DNA of 63,954 bases, filler included, from Octopus bimaculoides (taxonomy: Eukaryota), in assembly GCF_001194135.2 (NCBI RefSeq). It is 6 parts of 6 records of this genome, joined end to end, with 100 filler letters (N's around TTAATTAATTAA, not from the genome) between each part and the next. Parts side by side here need not be neighbours in the genome. Positions count along the whole stretch, not along the records: positions 51,914 to 62,790 come from NC_068981.1; positions 62,891 to 63,954 come from NC_068986.1; 4 more parts are not named here. One strand, given 5' to 3'. A program made the position numbers and the translations under genes. The notes beneath the pieces were generated by a model. The model did no database searches. It was not told the DNA's origin and saw only the letters and a list, made by a program, of their open reading frames with translations. Positions 59,872-63,954 of the stretch are shown one piece after another (position 1 is the first letter of the stretch; each line of letters starts with the position of its first letter).

Positions 59872-60160
59872 CAGTGATTCCCTTCAGTGATTCCCTAAGT
59901 GGGCGGTAATGCGCCCCCACGGGGTGGGGGAGTGGAAAGTTCCAAGGGATCGTTGAAGAAAAGTGGGGCGATAATAGGGTAGCGATTCATGTAAAAATAA
60001 CAAAATAATGGGTTCATCAGGTTAAGTTTTGTGAAATAGTTGCTTTGAATTTGCATCAGAAAGAGGTTTATGCTTGTGATGGTTAGTTGGGGGTAGGGTC
60101 GCTAGCAATGTGGCCCTGGTATCTAGGGGGTGGCAGCCCGAAAAAGTTTGGGAACAACTA
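59872..60160. mobile_element. hAT-type MITE nested in the Tigger-like MITE
   Basis: Ends cagtgattccc / tttgggaacaacta; flanks gcttaaaat / gcttaaat (about 8-bp TSD); 13-bp duplication of the left tip. Confidence 0.7.
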
Positions 60161-60495
60161 GCTTAAATAATAAACTGCGATAGGTGAAACCGCGATATGG
60201 CGGGCGATTACTGTCTATTAATATTACCTTTGTAGGGCAGGATTTGTGACAGACGAACTGCAGACATAAACTTCGCTGCGAGCTAGCTAGGAAGTTGGTC
60301 AGCAGCAAAACAAAATGCGACTTCCGGTAGGAGAAAGGAAACAAAAAAATGTCAACAGTGAGTGTGATATGGATCTGAGTGAACTAAACAGAAATAACTG
60401 GCGACTTAAAGCCTGATATTCGTAAAGTAATGAAATTTTGATAAATGTATTGTCCATTAGTTTGTTTTGCTGATGCAATAGAAACGATCGTCGTT

Positions 60496-60755
60496 AAAGT
60501 AAATAAAAATACAAGGGAAATAACTTACGTCTTACTCGTATCAGCCGTGCTACTATGAAATGTTTTTTTTCTCCTTTAAAACAGCATGTGACGGAAATTT
60601 TTGTAATTTTTTTTGAATAACGATTAGTTTAAAACAAAAATTACAAGAAAAATTTCCGTCACATGCTGTTTTAGTGGAGGAAAAAATACATATCAGAGTA
60701 GTACTGATTATACTAGTAAGACGTAAGTTATGTCCCTTGTATTTTTATTTACTTT
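60496..60755. mobile_element. Fold-back MITE-like element, copy 2, complete 260 bp
   Basis: aaagtaaataaaaatacaagggaaataacttacgtcttact / agtaagacgtaagttatgtcccttgtatttttatttacttt, with inner arms. Confidence 0.85.
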
Positions 60756-60837
60756 TCTTTCCTACCTTCCTATTCTGGAAAATTACCGTAATCACCTATT
60801 AAAGATGTGGTTTCCTCTGTTCTTATTCTTATCTTCC

Positions 60838-61204
60838 TATGAGGCGCAATAGCCCAGCGGTTGGAGGATCGCAGTTTCGTTTTCCAGACCGGGCGTTGTG
60901 AGTGTTTATTGAGCGAAAACACCTAAAAAGCTCCACGAGGCTCCGGCAGGGGATGGTGGCGAATCCTGCTGTACTCTTTCACCACAACTTTCTCTCTCTC
61001 TTCCTGTTTCTGTTGCGCCTGTAATTCAAAGGGTCAGCCTTGTCACACTATGTATCACGCTGAATATTCCCGAGAACTACGTTAAGGGTACACGTGTCTG
61101 TGGAGTGCTCAGCAATTTGCACGTCAATTTCACGAGCAGGCTGTTCCGTTGATCGGATCAACTAGAACCCTCGACGTCGTAAGCGACGGAGTGCCAACAA
61201 CAAC
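60838..61204 (+). mobile_element. SINE C with 13-bp target-site duplication
   Basis: attcttatcttcc at 60825-60837 and 61205-61217; small deletion in the tRNA head. Confidence 0.92.
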
Positions 61205-61392
61205 ATTCTTATCTTCCAGCTCTGATTTCCGTGATTTTTCTTCTAAGCGATATTTAGATTTACTTGTCATACATGAAGAATTTCTTCGGATGTTTATTCT
61301 AATCGCGTTCATTGGTATCTGATTGTTTGGTATAGTTAACTAAATTCGTTTGACACTGACTACTTTATATCTGCCTAGATTTATTAATTCCT

Positions 61393-62120
61393 AGGCGTGG
61401 CTGTAGCGGTAAGAAGCTTGCTTCCCAACCACATGGCTCCAGGTTCAGTCTTGGGTAAGAGTCCTATTGTAATCCTCGGGTCAGTCAAAAAATCTTGTGA
61501 GTGGATTGTGTGTGGTAGATGGAAACTGTAAGAAGCCCGTCGTGTATATACTTTTTACTTGTTTCAGTCATTTGACTGACCATGCTGGAGCACCGCCTTT
61601 AGTCGAGCAAATCGACCCCAGGACTTATTCTTTGTAAGCCTAGTACTTATTCTATCGGTATCTTTTGCATCGGTTGTCAAGCGATGGTGTGTGTGTGTGT
61701 GTGGGGGGAGCAAACACAGACACATACATACATATATATGTATATACATATATACGTATATACATAAATACGACGGGCTTCTTTCAGTTTCCGTCTACCA
61801 AATCCACTCACAAAGCTTTGGTCAGCCCGAGGCTATAGTAGAAGACACTTGCCCAAGGTGCTACGCAGTGGGACTGAACCCGGAACCATGTGGTTGGTAA
61901 GCAAGCTACTTACCACACAGCCACTCGTACGCTCCCACCACCATCGCTTGACAACCGATGTTGGTGTGTTTACGTCCCTGAAATCTAACGGTTCGGCAAA
62001 AGAGACCGATAGAATTAGTTCTAGGCTTACAAAAACAAGTCCTGGGGTAGATTTATTCGACTAAGACCCCTTAAGGCGGTGCTCCAGCATGGCTGCAGTC
62101 AAATGACTGAAACAAGTAAA
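61393..62120 (+). mobile_element. SINE A host split by an antisense SINE A
   Basis: The 5' half (61393-61550) and 3' half (61927-62120) flank a reverse copy. Confidence 0.8.
61551..61926 (-). mobile_element. SINE A nested antisense in SINE A
   Basis: Near-full reverse copy inserted at the host's central TA tract. Confidence 0.88.
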
Positions 62121-62522
62121 ATATGCGGAACATGTATGTAATGTATGTATATAATGTATGTAATGTGTATGTGTATGAATGCATGTATGCATGTATATGT
62201 ACGTAATGTATGTACGTATGTGTGTATACTGAAGAAAAAATCTTGTTGGAATGAAAGTGCATCAAGGTACGAAGTGTAGATAACGTAACTAGTCACGTGA
62301 CCAGAAGGGCTGGTTTGGGAGGTGCAGCTGTGATTACCATGATAGTAATTAGTTTTCATTTTGGATCAGTAAAGAACAAACGTTTTGAATTTATCAATAT
62401 GCTACTATATTTCAGACAAGATAAGAAGTGGTGGTGGGAGATGATTGCGAGGCTTAGTACCAAGGAATTGGTTGTTAAATGAAGTGTCGACAACACCCTA
62501 TTGACAGTTAAATTACTTAGAT

Positions 62523-62790
62523 CAGGGGTTTTCAAACTGTGGTCCGCGGACTACAGGGGGTCCGCAAGGACAAGACGGGGGATCCGTAGACAGCAAATAC
62601 TTTTTATGGGTAACTTGATTTTATATATGTTTTTTAATCGAAATATTTTAATTGACAATAAACCTATTTTGTTAAATACTGTTAAATAAACAAATGTAAA
62701 TATATGTTATTTTAAGCAAATATTTATGTATAAATTTCATAAGCGTTTATAAGGGGGTCCCTAAGGTAGAGCCTGAAATACAAAGGGGTC
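62523..62790. mobile_element. hAT (Charlie-like) MITE, cut by gap
   Basis: Starts caggggttttcaaactgtggtccgcgg; repeated GGGGTCC motifs. Confidence 0.75.
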
Positions 62791-62890
62791 NNNNNNNNNN
62801 NNNNNNNNNNNNNNNNNNNNNNNNNNNNNNNNNNTTAATTAATTAANNNNNNNNNNNNNNNNNNNNNNNNNNNNNNNNNNNNNNNNNNNN

Positions 62891-63214
62891 CGATTCCCAG
62901 ACCGGGCGTTGTGAGTGTTTATTGAGCGAAAGCACCTAAAGCTCCACGAGGCTCCGGCAGGGAATAGTGGTGAACCCTGCTGTATTCTTTCACCACAACT
63001 TTCTCTCACTCTTTCTTCCTGTTTCTGTTGTGCCTGTAATTCAAAGGGTCAGCCTTGTCACACTGTGTCACGCTGAATATCCCCGAGAACTACGTTAAGG
63101 GTACACGTGTCTGTGGAGTGCTCAGCCACTTGCACGTTAATTTCACGAGCAGGCTGTTCCGTTGATCGGATCAACTGGAACCCTCGACGTCGTAAGCGAC
63201 GGAGTGCCAACAAC
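62891..63214 (+). mobile_element. SINE C, head lost in gap
   Basis: Aligns with 58945-59270. Confidence 0.9.
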
Positions 63215-63954
63215 ATATACGCCGAGCTCTAGTCTCATCATTCTCAGATGCTCTGGCTGTTGTAGTGCACAGTTTGTTTCTTTCTTGGCATGCTTTCCTT
63301 TTTTCAGCTGTCTCTCTTTCCTTCGACAGAGACATTCTTTTGGCTGACCTTGACACTGGAGGCAATTTTGACACGTTCCTTCTAGGCTTGCTTATTTACT
63401 GATACACAAATACACTGGTACAGAAGATTGTAAACAATGAAAAATGGGTGTAATAATTTACTTGGTACCAGAAATCGTTACAACGGTAAACGCTAGCCAG
63501 AATAGTTGAGACAGAATGAAGAGAGAATGATAGAGTAAGAGATAGAAAGAGAGGAAGTACAGTGAGAAGTTAAATAGGGAATGCGCTACCCAAATATTGA
63601 AAATAGACATTTGTAAAATCGAAAGAAGTTGAGTTATTGATGGAGTGAGGGAGAAAGAGATGGGAGTGAGAGAGAGAGTGAATAAGGAAAAGGAAAGAGA
63701 GTGAAGAAGGAAAAGGTGAGAGGGAGTGAAGAAAGAAGAAGAGTGAGAGAAAATACATTTTGTAAAGAAATGAATCTTATATATATATATACGTAAGCAA
63801 TATTATCTAATCGACCCCCAATACTTAAATTCTTTTTAAGTACTGAAACTTATTCTATCGGACTTTTTTGCCGAACCACGAATTAACAGGGACGTAAGCA
63901 CCACCACGCACGCACGCACACACGCACACATACACATGCATATATATATATATA

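Larger units (their letters stand above)
59367..60213. mobile_element. Tigger/pogo-like MITE carrying two nested insertions
   Basis: TA|cagtatccttcgattatcgc ... gcgatatggcgggcgattactg; internal gcgataggtgaa motif at both ends. Its 5' part is duplicated at 58300-58395. Confidence 0.6.

Overview
Repeat-saturated, AT-rich eukaryotic DNA from a gapped short-read assembly. The tRNA-headed SINEs, R4/RTE/Tx1 LINEs and microsatellite load are consistent with an octopus/coleoid cephalopod genome (inference). No intact host gene, tRNA, rRNA or CRISPR array can be supported. The window holds: (i) a complete but decayed Ginger1-like DNA transposon (24668-26968; degenerate TIRs, CCGG/CCGA target duplication, YPYY-H2C2-DDE-GPY/F transposase) that interrupts a Tx1/L1-clade LINE, with the empty site visible in a paralogous Tx1 copy at 32450-32480; (ii) three lineages of R4/Dong-like restriction-like-endonuclease LINEs, one of them always embedded in (ACAT)n; (iii) two RTE lineages, mariner fossils and MITEs, hAT/Tigger MITEs, a Helentron-like element and a Penelope fragment; (iv) dozens of copies of three tRNA-derived SINE families (called A, B and C here), including self-nested copies; (v) several near-perfect 70-260 bp fold-back palindromes, a 168-bp tandem duplication and a 1-2 kb tandem segmental duplication. 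Two unexplained ORFs (50489-50959 minus; 56146-56718 plus) are weak host-exon candidates. All family names come from motif recognition, not database searches. Boundaries of old repeats are approximate.
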